64,000 bases of DNA, taken from contig NC_043001.1 of the NCBI RefSeq assembly GCF_006345805.1, forward strand, positions 59,582,001 through 59,646,000, read 5' to 3'. Positions 49,871 through 62,996 of the stretch are shown here, in pieces. This stretch comes from Octopus sinensis. Taxonomy: Eukaryota. The first letter of the stretch is position 1. Every line of letters begins with the position of its first letter. The translations under genes were made by a program, and so were the position numbers. The notes under the pieces were generated by a model. That model was not told where the DNA came from and searched no databases. It saw only the letters and a program-made list of their open reading frames with translations.

Positions 49871-52800
49871 CCGCGGTCCAGTCTTAGCAAAACACGATAT
49901 ATAGGCAAAAGGATAGCAATGTTAAAGTAATAAGATGTCATGGACCCCGCTTCATACCTAGTGACCCCAAAAGGATTGGAACTCAGTACGACTTGAACTC
50001 ACAACAAAGAGAGCAAGAATTTCATCTTGCTCTCATTGAATTTTGTTCAACAGCTTCACGATTCTGCCCTTTCAGGAGGGGAAAAGAGGAGGAGAAGGAG
50101 GTGGAGAAACAAAGATAAGTAAAGAAGAGGACAAAGAAAAAAAAAGACAAATGTGAATAAACAAGGGACATTACAAATATCAGTGGAACTTGAATGCCAC
50201 TGCTCACAGCGGGCAAGGAATGGCAATTAAAGAAGACTATTTTCATTATACATTTTGCTAAATGAATAGTTTGTTCAAGGCGAATAAGTGTATAGAATAA
50301 GAAACTAAAAAATATAGAAGAAAGAAGCAAGTAGATTCAAGCAATAATCAAACTACTTGTGTTTTCTCTGTATTAGTGGTTAATTTTTTTCTTTTTCTAT
50401 CCCTCTCTGTAAATACAGCTCTCTCTTTAGGTATTTTCCCTTTTGTTCACCTTCGTTCACAAACATTTTAAAATCTGCCATTTAATGAAATCATGTTTGG
50501 GTCACAATACATGTCTACTTGCTAATCCTGTGCTTTTATCTATTCCATCATGAACACTATTCACTACTTGTTTCCCTTTGTCCTTCATTCATCCATTTAT
50601 TCATTATTTCAGCCATTTTTGAGAATTCGTTTACTACTACTACTACTACAACCACTACAGACTGCTTCTTATTCTTTTGGCCCGGTGAAATAAACTTAAT
50701 TCTTATAAGAACTGAATCAGAGCGTTCAAAGAATTCTTATATATATATTCTTATATGTCTATATGTATATTTTGTTTTTACTCAACAATAATACATTGCA
50801 AACATTTCCCAAATATTACAATAATGTTACAAACGTCGAAAGAATTACAGTCCAATTCGCTAAAGAGTTTTGTTGTTATGTTTTGCGCAAAGCACCGGGA
50901 ACTTATTGTTGTTGTTCTTCCCATAGAAGTTCACTGACAATATCTCTTGTCTGTATAGAGACAACAATAGAAAGCGAAAATACAACAATTGGTTTTCATG
51001 TTGAAATTCTTCACACAGTACAGAGCTCTTTCACTTATAGTTACAAACTTTGAAACACTGATTGTAGGTATTATATAAAATACGAAGTATTAGTTCTTAA
51101 ATTGGTGTGATGCCTCAGGCAAGTCATAATAATGGACAGAAGAAAGGGAACAAGCATCAGTGAATTGAACATGAAGAAATGTATAGGAAAAGGAATGAAG
51201 AACAAATATTCAAAAGTATGTTATCTGTTTTCAGATCAGTGAAGCATTGATAACGAAATCCAATGTTCTAGCAATGAGTGACTAAGTGTTAAACTTTTAT
51301 ACAATCCTTTCAGTATGAAAATAGACTGACATTTAGTAGATTCTCTTTAAAGAACAGTTCCCAGATTATGATCTCGGACCGTAACTCTTAAATAACTGAA
51401 TGTATTGCATTACACCCATGATAAATATAAACGAACATTACAGAGGTAATGGGTATACATTTAGAAACAACTTGGAAGTGTTTGAGGTATATCTTATTTT
51501 GTAATGTTTTGAAAAGTTATCAAATTGCGAAAGAAAGTAAGTAATCAGATAAGAAAAATAGAAAGATATATACGTAGCTCTAACATTCTAATTGGGCATG
51601 ATGGAATTGTATTATAATAGAGTCTGTAATACTTCTTCATTTTGTCAGTAATTTTAATGACAATTAAAAACTTATTTGTTGCACATAGAAAGCTAATATC
51701 CATATCTAAGTATCTTTAGTAGCAGAGATAATAAACTACTCAAATCATGTGTACTCGTTTCTGAAAAAATCTGAAAACGTACTTATATAAATAATTATTT
51801 CTAAGGCATGAATCTACATTTTCTTGAATGCTTTTTTGTCGATTTATTGAATCACAGAAATTAAATAGTATTCATTCTATCGATCGAGGAAGGATAAAAT
51901 TAATTATCAATACCTGTCGATTTGAATTAGCACGTGCATATAAGCAGCAACGTATCACAACGTAGTTTCTATGGCGCTCTGCAAGCTACAATATCTATTG
52001 AATATATTAATAAATAAAAATTATATTCTGTCAAAAACAACCAGATTTGCATATTTTACTCTGCTATTTTAAAAATTTTTCTGTTCTTTTTCAGTATCAC
52101 TAATATAGGCGAAATCCTGAAATTTCTGGTTGCGCAACCATGATATTAACTGATGCACTATGTCTCTGCATAAAAGTGACATACTTTCGATATGAATCAA
52201 GTGCACTCGTCTGAGGAAAATAGAAAAATGCCCAGTTTAATAATGTAATGCAAGATTTGGTTGGCGATGTACCTCAGTAAGTCATCATGTTTGCGACTTC
52301 AGGGATACAAACTGATTAACATTATGAAATGCAGCGCGCTATGACCTAACAACGAGTCAGTCAGAATTACAAGACGTATAACTCATAAAAGAATAATTCA
52401 AATTGTTTTATAGTGGTATGCAGGATAACGAATATAATATATCAGGCAGTCTGAAAAATGGATAACAGATATCATCAAATTGTTTCGTCATATGATATTG
52501 ATTTTATTGTTTATTCAATACAGAAACTCAAACTTACCAATCAATTTGAAGGCGAATTATCTGATTTAACCCAATATATTATTTTATAATTATGCTTAAA
52601 CTAAGTATGGCTCAGAGTAACTTTGTGTGTTTATTATTTGATTAAAGCAGTTGAAAGCAAAATTTATCTAAAATCACTTGAAAAGTTTCTCAAAAATTGT
52701 AATATCTCCACTAGAGCATTTGTACACTAACACACACACACACAACACACACACACACACACACATACATACACACACACACACTCACTCACTCACTCTC

Positions 52801-52879
52801 TCTCTCTCTCTCTCTCAAAAGACATACATATATTAGTATATGTATATATGAATGAATACATGTGTATACATATATTTGA

Positions 52880-53160
52880 ATATGAGGTTTGCGTGACATA
52901 ACTGTTAGGGTGTTGCAGTCTTGATCGCAAAATCGGTGTTTCAGTTCCACTGATTTGAGTTATCGAGCAAAACACATCAATTCACATTGCTCCAGTCCTT
53001 TCAGATGTAAATGGGTAAACTGGTGACAGACTGGCGTTCCGCTCTGTTTAAGTGCAATGTTAATCTGGTGGCCTAGCGTGCGGAGTGGTACCATTTGGAA
53101 GCTACAACACAGACAAGACGTGAATTGTGACAAGCGGTGTATAATGCAAAGGAGGTGTGA
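52880..53160 (+). mobile_element. Degenerate tRNA-derived SINE (different family)
   Basis: tRNA-like head followed by gagcaaaacac...tgtaaatgggta core-like motifs. Confidence 0.45.
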
Positions 53161-53559
53161 TCGAGACATCGGTTAAATATTATGTGTAAGTTTGTGTGTT
53201 AAACCATTGATTAGAGAACAAACATCAAATTCAGGCCAACGACTTTACATAACCCCACGCTTCCATACGTTTCATTATATTAAACTAATACCATGGCCTT
53301 CAACATATAAAAGAAATACATGTATAAAAGCACAGAAAGTAAAAAATATATATGCACATATAAAAATATAATATATATAGAAGCGCCTGCCAAGGAAAAG
53401 TAGAAACATATCGATTAAATGGGTGATCAAAATGAATTAATAAAACATATCAATTGACTAAAACATTTTATTACACCTTAATTAAAAATATATCAAAATA
53501 GATCGTCTTTTAGAAAAGAAGGAATCCACAGTTGGCCCAATCCATGGAGCGTAAGAGAG

Positions 53560-55870
53560 TTCGAAAGAAGGGTTGGTCAAAATTTACATCTATGGCCGTT
53601 TCGGGGTTTCAATGCTGTGGTCTGATTGCAAGTTAAAGTGCATTTCGGCAATGACCTCCTCATCAGGATGAACAGAACCATCTAGGAAATTCACAATCAA
53701 CTAGTAGGACAAAAGTTACAATACGGTTGCAGTCATTATTTATAAGCAATAACCTTTAGCAGGACCAGTCCAAAGTTCCCAACATTAAAATAAATAAATT
53801 TACTTTATTTTATGGCTAACCTGGTAGATGGCTGCTAGTTATAGGAATTTTTCTATCCGGTTTCAAAACCCAGTAAGCAAAGTAAATATTATCAACCACA
53901 TCTAGCCTTATTTCTATATACTTTCAGAAAAGCAGAAGAAAATTCATGGTTGCAGAAAGCGATCACCTCTGTAAATTTATTTAATGATTTAGGCCCAAAT
54001 GACCCAAGGATGGCAAGAGATTCCCTTATACACACTTGTTAATATTAACACTAAAATATGGGATCCTCTAGATTATAGACCATTGAAAAGAGTAACTATT
54101 ATTATTTCTCTTTAAACTATAAATATAAGATGCAAGTGTAGTGGAGTTACAATAATTTTCGTTCGAAAACGAATTCCTGTGGCCCCTGTGCTTCGCCTTA
54201 AAATTGACAGCCTATATAAATCCTATCCAAACTGCCCTCCTCCTTAACTACGCATTTATAAATTGCATTTTGTAATCAAACAAAATCCGTCAAGAGGACA
54301 TAACCTAGGGTTTCTTCAATTACAAGATTTACCGGAACCACCTTTTCCCCCATTATTGATACTAACATTATTTATCTGGTTTCCTCCATTCTTCCTCTCG
54401 GATATCCCAATAAAGGGGGTCAGTAAATCCTGTGAAGGTAAATGGTTGATAACACCAACATTAGATTTATTAGAACTTACCAGCCCAATACCAAAGTTTC
54501 TAACAAAGGAATACTTCCAGTGCACTTGCCCACTTAATTTGCTTTTACTAATAGATGCAATAACGGAGGCCAAATTCGGCATTACTGAGTAAGAAAACTT
54601 AACGGAGGATTTGTTGCAGATGGTGTAGTACTTATGATTCTTTGGGAAATTCTCCTTCAGAATCTTAAAAAAAAACAACTTTGGCAGATTTCTTACTCTA
54701 AGAGAAAAGAATGGAGCAAACCAATTGACTTCCCGTATTCTCGAACGTGAGCTCTTGGTTTTAATTATCTCTTCACGGTTGCTACTTCGCTTCCAATAAG
54801 TCTCGTATTAAGTATATATTAGAATTTAGCTTTCACGCCACTTGAATTTAGAGCATTGTTATATACTGGTGCATGTTGATCAAAAATCTCTTTGTTTGTG
54901 GACAATTGAGAGATTCTAATCGAAATGGTAGTAACGATGCTATCATTTGTAGATTTCAGATGACTGGAGGAGACATTGATACATGAAATGGATTTATTTG
55001 GCTTACAAAACAGGTAGTATAAACTCATATCCATATTCAAAGTAACATCAAAGAAATTTACCACTCTATAGTTAACATCAAAAATAATGTTAAGATTGAA
55101 GAAATCTTTTAAAAAGCTTCTCAAAGATTTCTTCAATCTATTCAATGCAGTTTTAGGCTGGCCACGTGCAGCTAGAAGTGCATAATCCGTATTTAATCCC
55201 CTAGTAAGGAGGGGAAATCTGTCCCTAATCTGCGAAAGGAGATAGAGGTCCACTGAGTCGGTCAACTGTGCTGAATCCGAGGACCCCATAGTAATCTCGA
55301 ATAAATTAGTGGAATCAGCCCCTCTCCAATTACGTGCATTGAAGAAAATAACATCAATATCCGAACTAGGGGTATTCGCAAATTTCCGAGAGAAAATCAA
55401 GGCCTTATTTAGCAATATAGGGGAAATGGAGCTGTAATTCGAAATATCGAAATGGATAAAGTCTAAATTAGGCTTATTAGTAAGAGCGTAGTTGAAGCTG
55501 AACCTTATTCTTAACGATGGAAATAATCCGATTAATAATATACTTACTAATTCTGTCAAAATCGGACTTGGTTGGACAGATTAATCTAATCGAATAATCT
55601 TATAAAAAAAAAGCAGGCTTATGGTCCTTCAAAAGACAATAGGGAGTTTTGGGAGCATACGGTTGGGTCTTATCCAACAGGCTGAAACTAGAAATGATAT
55701 CCAGATGAGTATTATTATTTTGCAAAGCATTCTTGCTTGCACGCTTATATCCAGTATATTATGTTATTATAAAGTCTCAGCGCTACAGAATAAATATTCC
55801 TGGTCATATTAGATAGGATGTGCAAATCTGGATATGATTTCATTGAAGAGGTATTCCCCCGACAGGAATT
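53560..55870 (-). mobile_element. Degenerate Penelope-like retroelement, Naiad-like (RT plus C-terminal GIY-YIG)
   Basis: RT FEITMGSSDSAQLTDSVDLYLL resembles the FDVTMGSYDGAE type; VVNFFDVTLN; thumb SIRISQLSTNKEIFDQHAPVYNNAL; FPKNHKYYTICNKSSVKFSYSVMPN; CN..CPLDGFCL then IYKC...IYIG. Stops and frameshifts are present. Confidence 0.85.
53587..53670 (-). ncRNA. Degenerate type I hammerhead in the 3' pseudo-LTR region of a PLE
   Basis: catc-CTGATGAG...cccCGAAAC-ggcc-ATA-gatg. Stem I is catc/gatg and the ggcc loop is palindromic. The expected G before the cleavage site is an A, consistent with CpG decay. Confidence 0.55.
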
Positions 55871-55916
55871 CTTAAAACGGTTTTGTGTATCTGGAAAACT
55901 TTAACCATTTAACAGA

Positions 55917-56045
<129 letters not shown>

Positions 56046-56269
56046 TATATACAATGGGTGTAAGTATTCAAAGATGCAAACAGACCCGAGAGTAAGCAAT
56101 CCGCTCTAAATGTTCTCTGCCCATGAAATTTTGTGTTGAGTAATCACATATTACCGCACAAATTGCATCACGGTACAAATTATGGCATTTAATCAAATTA
56201 CTATATCTTCATTATCACCATATAATTTTATCTTTTATAGATTCTCATTTTTTCCATTTTCTATTTGTC

Positions 56270-56455
56270 ACACACAACCGCTTGACAACCAGTGCTGGTG
56301 TGTTTACGCTCCCGTAACTTAGGTGTTCGGCAAAAGGAACCGAAATATTCGATATTTCCAAAAAACGTCCTGGGGTCGATTTATTCTACTAAAAACCCTT
56401 CAATGTGGTGCCCCAGCATGACCGCATTGAGATGACTGAAACAAGCAAAAGATAA
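56270..56455 (+). mobile_element. SINE 3' fragment
   Basis: cgtaacttaggtgttcggcaaaag...ggtgccccagcatgaccgc...atgactgaaacaag is homologous to 62450-62640. Confidence 0.7.
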
Positions 56456-57612
56456 AGGATACACTTACATCCATACATCTTCTACAAAGTAATATAGTAT
56501 TGTAATATATAGAGAGATATATGTGCGTGCTGAACATTTGTTTTCCTCATATATTGGCTGAATACCACGGTATACATAAGGAAATTATAAGAAAACATAT
56601 GCAGAGAGAATATCTCTATTCTACTGAGACAATATCTTTTCATTTCTTGAAAGTACGTAACGTCATTTTGTGAGTCGTTAACAGAATCTTCAACATTTTA
56701 AAGTTGTACACTCAAATTGAGACTAATTTTGAATTACTTGTATTCTTTTTTCCTTGCATTCAAATTCCTTTCATTACCATTAATATGAATTACCTGTAAA
56801 TTTAGCCCCATTTTATTGGGTAAAATTAATAATTAATCTTAGATGCCAATTAAAAACCATCGTACATATAACGAATAAGCGTTATATTTTCCAAGAAATC
56901 TATTCGCTTATGTCATATAAAATCTTTTGACAGTGTATCTCTACACAGCAACATAAAAATGTATGATGTAATAGACGTCCAAAGTTGAAATGAGCTTAAA
57001 GCAAATAACAGACCCCGAAAGAATCCAAAGAATCTAATTACAAATATGTGAACAGGATTTAGCTAAGCCACCCGAGATACATTTTCAAAGACTCTTCCGA
57101 ATTCAAAGGTCTCAGTCTATTAATATAATGGACCTCGAGAAGACAATGAAATGCTTATTGTACTAATACATAAAAAATATCCATATTGCCTATTTAGTGG
57201 CATCAGGAATTTTCGTAATCATGAGAATAAGAATTTCTGTGAAATGCATTTTAGATTTTTGTATTATCTTTCGTTATATCCTTTAGTCGCTACTATTGCC
57301 TTTGGCGTTACTTTTATTTTTGCAGTATGCGATGAATGTAGAAAATAAATCTATAGAACTTACTCTACAACCTGACTATTATTCAATATAGCACCAGCTA
57401 TACCAGAAAGAAATTTACTACGGGATATATTAAAGTTGAACTGAAATGTACCACAGTACGATGCACGCTAGCAAGGCAAACATTCGAAGTTACTGTTAAC
57501 ACTTTTGCTTTAAATGTCTAGTCTATTTCTCTCTCTCCCCTCTCTCTCTCTGTCCTCTTCCCCTCTCTCTGACTTCACTCTCTCTTTCTCTTTCTCTCTC
57601 TCTCTCTCTCTC

Positions 57613-57676
<64 letters not shown>

Positions 57677-57896
57677 ATAAAGGGTAAAAAATTATTAATT
57701 TATAATGAATAAATTTCACCAAGTAGTTTCGGTATGGAAAGGAACCATATTCGGTAAAAACTTATACAAGAAGTTTTATATATAATTATAACAATAATTA
57801 AGGGTTTAGCAACGAGATGCTTAACCACATACCGAAAACTTTAGAAATAGCAGTCAAAAGACCGTTATTTCTTTTCGCTACAAAATTATTGTTATA

Positions 57897-57945
<49 letters not shown>

Positions 57946-58099
57946 AACAAAGTTATTTTATCCCACACACGTAGAAATATAGGAAAAGTAGAAGTTGAAA
58001 ATGCACTGAGAATAGTTAAAATATTAAAAAAAAATGTATTTGAAGCTTTAAACAGTTTCACAGTTTACACTGATTTTCAAAAAGTTCAAGTAGAAACAC

Positions 58100-60545
58100 A
58101 TGGCTAATGTCGCAGCTGTCTTGTTTCTGAATAGTGTTTGAAGTTTGCTCTGTTTTTTATAGGGAATCCATGGCTCAAATTAGTATGTTTTGAATAGGAT
58201 TTAATTGACTGAGTATAGTCACTGATCTTAGAAATGTTTGTAGGTTCCCCGCTACGTCCGTGTGTTAGTATCAAGTTAAGGCTGACACAGTTGACTGAAG
58301 AAGTCCAAGCAATCAATGCTTTGAATGTTTTCTGTCAAGTGTTTGTAGAGAATGAACACATGATTAAGTATATAAGCTTTTGTACGTTTCCCGCTACGTC
58401 CATGCATTAGTGTCACGTGACAGTATATTCTGCGCCTAAAAAGGATGCCGAGACGGTTGAGTGAACATGTTTAGTTAAAATCAAGGCACTCCAAATTTAA
58501 TCTCTCTGGTGGGAGATTGGACAGGATTCGTTTGCATGTAGCCTAATGGCTAAAAGTTAGGTTGTTTGCTGTGTAGCTTCCTCGTGATAAGTGAGAGAAT
58601 AGCAGTTTGTTTACGTATTCTGTTAAAATTTGTTAATTCTTGGTTTGTACTTTTGTATGAAAGTATGTTCTGTTTTTCCGTGCTTCATCTGTTGTATTCG
58701 GTGAACATGGCCAGTGTGGGAAGGTCTGGATTTTGGGAGACATATTTTTTGCACATATGTCTATGTGACCACTCAGGGGAATCTAATATTGGGGTCTCGT
58801 ATTTGCTGTCGGTGAATGGTCCGTGTATTTCTTAGAGTAAGCTTTGTTTGACCTATGTAACCTTCATTACAGCCTTGACATTTCAAAGCGTATATTAAAT
58901 TCCTTGAAGAACATGTAAAGTGATTTTTACGGTAAAAGTCTGTCCTGATTTAAATTTGTATGCTGTGTTTTCAGTAAGGTTGATACAGGTCATGCAATTG
59001 GGGAACTCTCATTTTTTGACACTTGGTGCTGGAACTGTGGAATGTAATTTAGCATTTGTGAAGAATTTTTTGAGGGAATTTGGTTGTCTTCTATATTTGA
59101 TTATTTTGTGCATTTCGAATGCTTGTTTCATTATTGGGTCTTTTATTAGTAGTGGGATGTGCTGGTGGATAATATTGTAAACCTCTGTGCTTATTACAAT
59201 AAAGGGTAGATTATTGGATGCATCTAGAGCGTTTTTCGTCGATATTTATTGCTTTAGCACGTTCTATTCAGATATATATAGCATTAATGGATATTGTCTT
59301 TTACGCAGTACTTGTTTTAGTTCCTGGACTCTTTTATTGTGAGTTTTAAGGCTCTTGAGAATTGTGCAGATTCTTCTTGCTAGATTAAAGGGGATACTAG
59401 TCTTCGTGTATTTGGGAAGGCATGGGGAGAATAGTAAGTATTGCTTAAAATCTGTTTGTTTGTAGTGAATACCTTTTCATGATTAGTATATCCAGGAATG
59501 GTGGTTGTTTTTTACTGCATTCCATAGTAAAATTAATATTATTGTTTATGCAGTCGATTAGATTTTTTAAATCTATAAGTTGTTTAAATATGTACATCCA
59601 TAGGGTTAGGCTGTCATCTAAGTAACGTTTCCAGTTCTCTAGTAGATATTTGTGAAAGCTCAAGCCATAATTTAGATTGTCATGTATGCCATGACTAGAT
59701 TGGCGTACGTCGGAATAACTTTTGTCTCCATCGCAGTCCGAGATATTGCCATTGTTTTCGAGGATAAACTTTAATCCTTCAGTAATGAAACTCTAATTAA
59801 TTCTGTCCGGAAATTCATGGGGTAATTTCTCAAGCCAGAAATTTATTGCCTCTAGTCCATATCGCTGTAGAATTGTGGTGTATAGGTTTACCACATCAAA
59901 AGATACAATAGTGATATCATTGTTTATGGCTTTAGGGAGGTGGTTTAACTGGTCCAGGTCGTCCCTCGCTAGACTTGATATGTATTTTAAAACAGGATTC
60001 AGTAATATATCTAAAAAGTTACCTTCCCATAGTGGGTCATAATTTGTAACATAGATGGCATATCTCTATTGTATTATCCAATATCTATAATAACTATTGT
60101 ACTTCCCTTCTCTGCTTCCTTAATTATAATGTCGATAATGTTTTTCCGTTCATGTATAACATTCCATTCCTTTTGACTTGTATTGGGCTTGATCTTAGGG
60201 GGTAATTTATAAGGGAAGGTAGAAATAGAAATCACAAAATGTATCTAAAACTTTATTCTTTTCTTTCGTAGGCTTGTAATTACTCTTGTTTCTTACAATT
60301 GAATCGTCCCCGATTTCTATATCGTACAATTCCTCTGTTAGGTGTAGTTTTCTACAGAACTGTGAAATGTCGTTCTATTTATCACTGGAGTTAGAGTGCT
60401 GCGGTGCTTGGGTAAATTTTAGGCCTTTTGACAAAATATTAATTTCTTCTACTGAGAAAGAGATTTTCGATAGGTTAATTATCTTCGGTTTCTCATCTTC
60501 TGGTGTCGAAAACTCTGGTGTCGAAAGCTGCTGAGGGTAATCAAA
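58100..60545 (-). mobile_element. Degenerate Penelope-like retroelement, Neptune-like (RT plus GIY-YIG)
   Basis: IINLSKISFSVEEINILSKGLKF (PLE pre-RT region); IVSFDVVNLYT; WKRYLDD; PFLDILI; endonuclease NLIYALKCQGCNEGYIGQTKLTLRNTRTIHRQQI. Confidence 0.88.
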
Positions 60546-61816
60546 TCTTTCCATGATGATATGCAAGGCAACATACAGCATAATGGTTCAACATCAAATA
60601 AAGAACGGGGTAAAGCAAGGCTGTGAACTTGCTCCTGTATTATTTGGTATCTTCTTCCCGCTGCTGCTGTCACATGCCTTTGAAACATCAGATGATGGAG
60701 TGTTTCTGCACAGTAAAAGTGACGGGAAACTGTTCAATCTCTCGCAACTACGTGCCAAGACCAAAATCAGAAGCGTCCTGATCAAGGAGATGCTCTTTGC
60801 TAATGATGCCTTTATGGTATCACACACAGAAGAAGCCCTGGAAAGGTTCATCAACTGCTTTGAGCAAGCATGTAGCGACTTTGGCTTAGTTATCAGCCCC
60901 AAGAAGATCAACATCATAGGTCAGGCTACATCGAACAACTCAAACATACATATTGGAGACCACAGACTACAGGAAGTTTATCTATCTTGGCTCTACCGTC
61001 ACCTACAATATATCCCTTGATGCCGAGCTCAATATGTGCATTGGCAAAGCAGCTGCTGTCATGACCCAACTCTCCAAACGGGCATGGGACGACAATAAGC
61101 TGACCAAGACCACGAAAATGAAGATTTACCAGGCATGTGTACTTAGCACTCTCCTGTATGACAGTGAAACCTGGACGCCATACACACGCCAAGAGCTTCG
61201 CCTAAATATTTTTCACCTGCGCTGCCTCCAGAAAATCTTTGGTATCAAATGGCAGAATCGTGTCCCCAACAAAAATGTTTTCAAGCAAGCAGGTATACTA
61301 AGCATGTTTGCACTACCCACACAAAGACGTATGGGATGGCTTGGACATGTTAGTCGTATGGAAGATGGCAGAATCCCCAATGACATACTCTACGGAGAGC
61401 TTGCTAGGGGCACTAGGTTTGTGAGAAGACCGTACTTACGATACAAGGATTTTGCAAAAGGGACATGAAGGCTTGCAACATCAATATTAGCAACTGGGAA
61501 TCGGCTGCCAGCAACCGTGGAGATTGGCGATGCACCATAGAAGAGGGAACACAAAGGAGTGACAAAGAGAGAGAGAGGGTGTGTGTGCGTGAGAGAGAGG
61601 TGAAATGAAAAGACAAGACGTCAAGAAACAATGACATCACAACCAGCCAGGCAAGGTCTTTGCTACATATACGGCACCAGGATAGGACTACACAGCCACA
61701 GCAGGAGATGTATTAGGACATGAAATGTAAAAGCCGGACTTGATTATTTTAGGCGCAACTCCATTGTCTCTCGAGACAAAACGGATGTCAACAACAACAA
61801 CAGCAACAACAGCAAC
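60545..61816 (+). mobile_element. 5'-truncated RTE (BovB-like) LINE with (CAA)n tail
   Basis: NGVKQGCELAPVLFGIFF, SDGKLFNLSQLRAKTK, EMLFAND, FIYLGS, YQACVLSTLLYDSETW, FHLRCLQKIFGIKWQ, WLGHVSRMEDGRIPNDILYGEL; tail caacaacaacaacagcaac. Confidence 0.93.
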
Positions 61817-62433
61817 ACGAGGTCTGATCAATGAGTATTAGGACAGTTGCCATAGTAACAAAGCTAAAGCATGCAGAGTGACGCCGCTTGGAAACGATTG
61901 ATCTTGAACTATGCTCTGCATGCACACAAAGTTTTAACGTTCTAGCTCCCTTCCGCTATTTACAGTAGTGCTTGGAAGGAACATGTGTAGCGAGTAATCG
62001 TCGCATTGGCCATGGCAGAGAAAATTGTCATGGTGGTACCTGCTCAGGGGCCTATGCAAATTTGCAGAAAGTGTATGGAGAGAAGTGTGTGGGACGCACA
62101 CAAGTGTACGAGTGTTGTGCCTAGTAACTTCATTCTGAATGCTTTAGTTTTGTTAGCATATCAATCCGGCGGTGAGCTAGCAGAATCGTTAGCATGCCAG
62201 GCGGAATGATCGGCGGTATTTCGTCTGCCGTTGCATTCTGTGGTCAAGTTCCGTCGAGGTCGACTTTGCCTTTCATCCTTTTGGGGTCGATTAAGTAAGT
62301 ACCAGTTGCACACTGGGGTCGATGCAATCGACTTAATCCCTTTGTCTGTCTTTGTTTGTCCTCTCTGTGTTTAGACCCTTGTGGGCAATAAAGAAATATA
62401 TAACAATCCGGATACTTATTGATCAGACCATGT
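61817..62433 (+). mobile_element. Internally deleted mariner element with a nested SINE
   Basis: TIRs acgaggtctgatcaatgagtat / atacttattgatcagaccatgt; N-terminal HTH remnant QKVYGEKCVGRTQVYE. Confidence 0.8.
62165..62400 (+). mobile_element. tRNA-derived SINE with Nin-like core
   Basis: Pol III A/B-box-like head ggcggtgagctagcagaatcgttagc...gttcc; core gactttgcctttcatccttttggggtcgat, which resembles the Nin domain. Confidence 0.8.
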
Positions 62434-62449
62434 ATATATTCTTTGTATT

Positions 62450-62911
62450 ATTCTTTCACGTGTTTGAGTCATTTGACTGCGGCCATGCTGGAGCATCACC
62501 TTAAGGGGTTTCAGTCGAAGGAATCGATCTCTTGTCTTACTCTTTGTAAGCCACGTACTTATTCTATCGATATCTGTTACCGAACCGCTAAGTTACGGGG
62601 ACATAATCACACTAGCGTCGGTTGTCAATTGATGGCGGGGTGACAAACACAGACTATCGTATACACACGCGCGCATAGGTACTATCGTATACACACGCGC
62701 GCGCGCACACGCACACACACACACACATATATATATATATGTGTGTATATATATATATACATACGACGGACTTCTATCAATCCACTCAGAAGGCTTGGTC
62801 GGACCAAGGCTATAGTAAAAGAGCCTTGGCAAAGGAATTACGCAGTGGGACTGAACTCGGTACCATGTGTTTGAGAAACAAACCTCTTACTACACAGCCG
62901 TGCCTGCACCC
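62450..62911 (-). mobile_element. Full-length tRNA-derived octopus-type SINE with internal microsatellite
   Basis: Head ...ggtaccgagttcagtcccactgcg...ctatagccttggtccgacc and tail ...ccagcatggccgcagtcaaatgactc. The head matches 3844-3928 and the tail matches 56270-56455. Confidence 0.8.
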
Positions 62912-62954
62912 TACACACACACACACGCGCGCGCGCGCACGCACACACGCACGA

Positions 62955-62996
<42 letters not shown>

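Noticed and set aside
62165-62240. tRNA-like sequence
   Set aside because: It is a SINE head with A/B-box resemblance and no complete cloverleaf.
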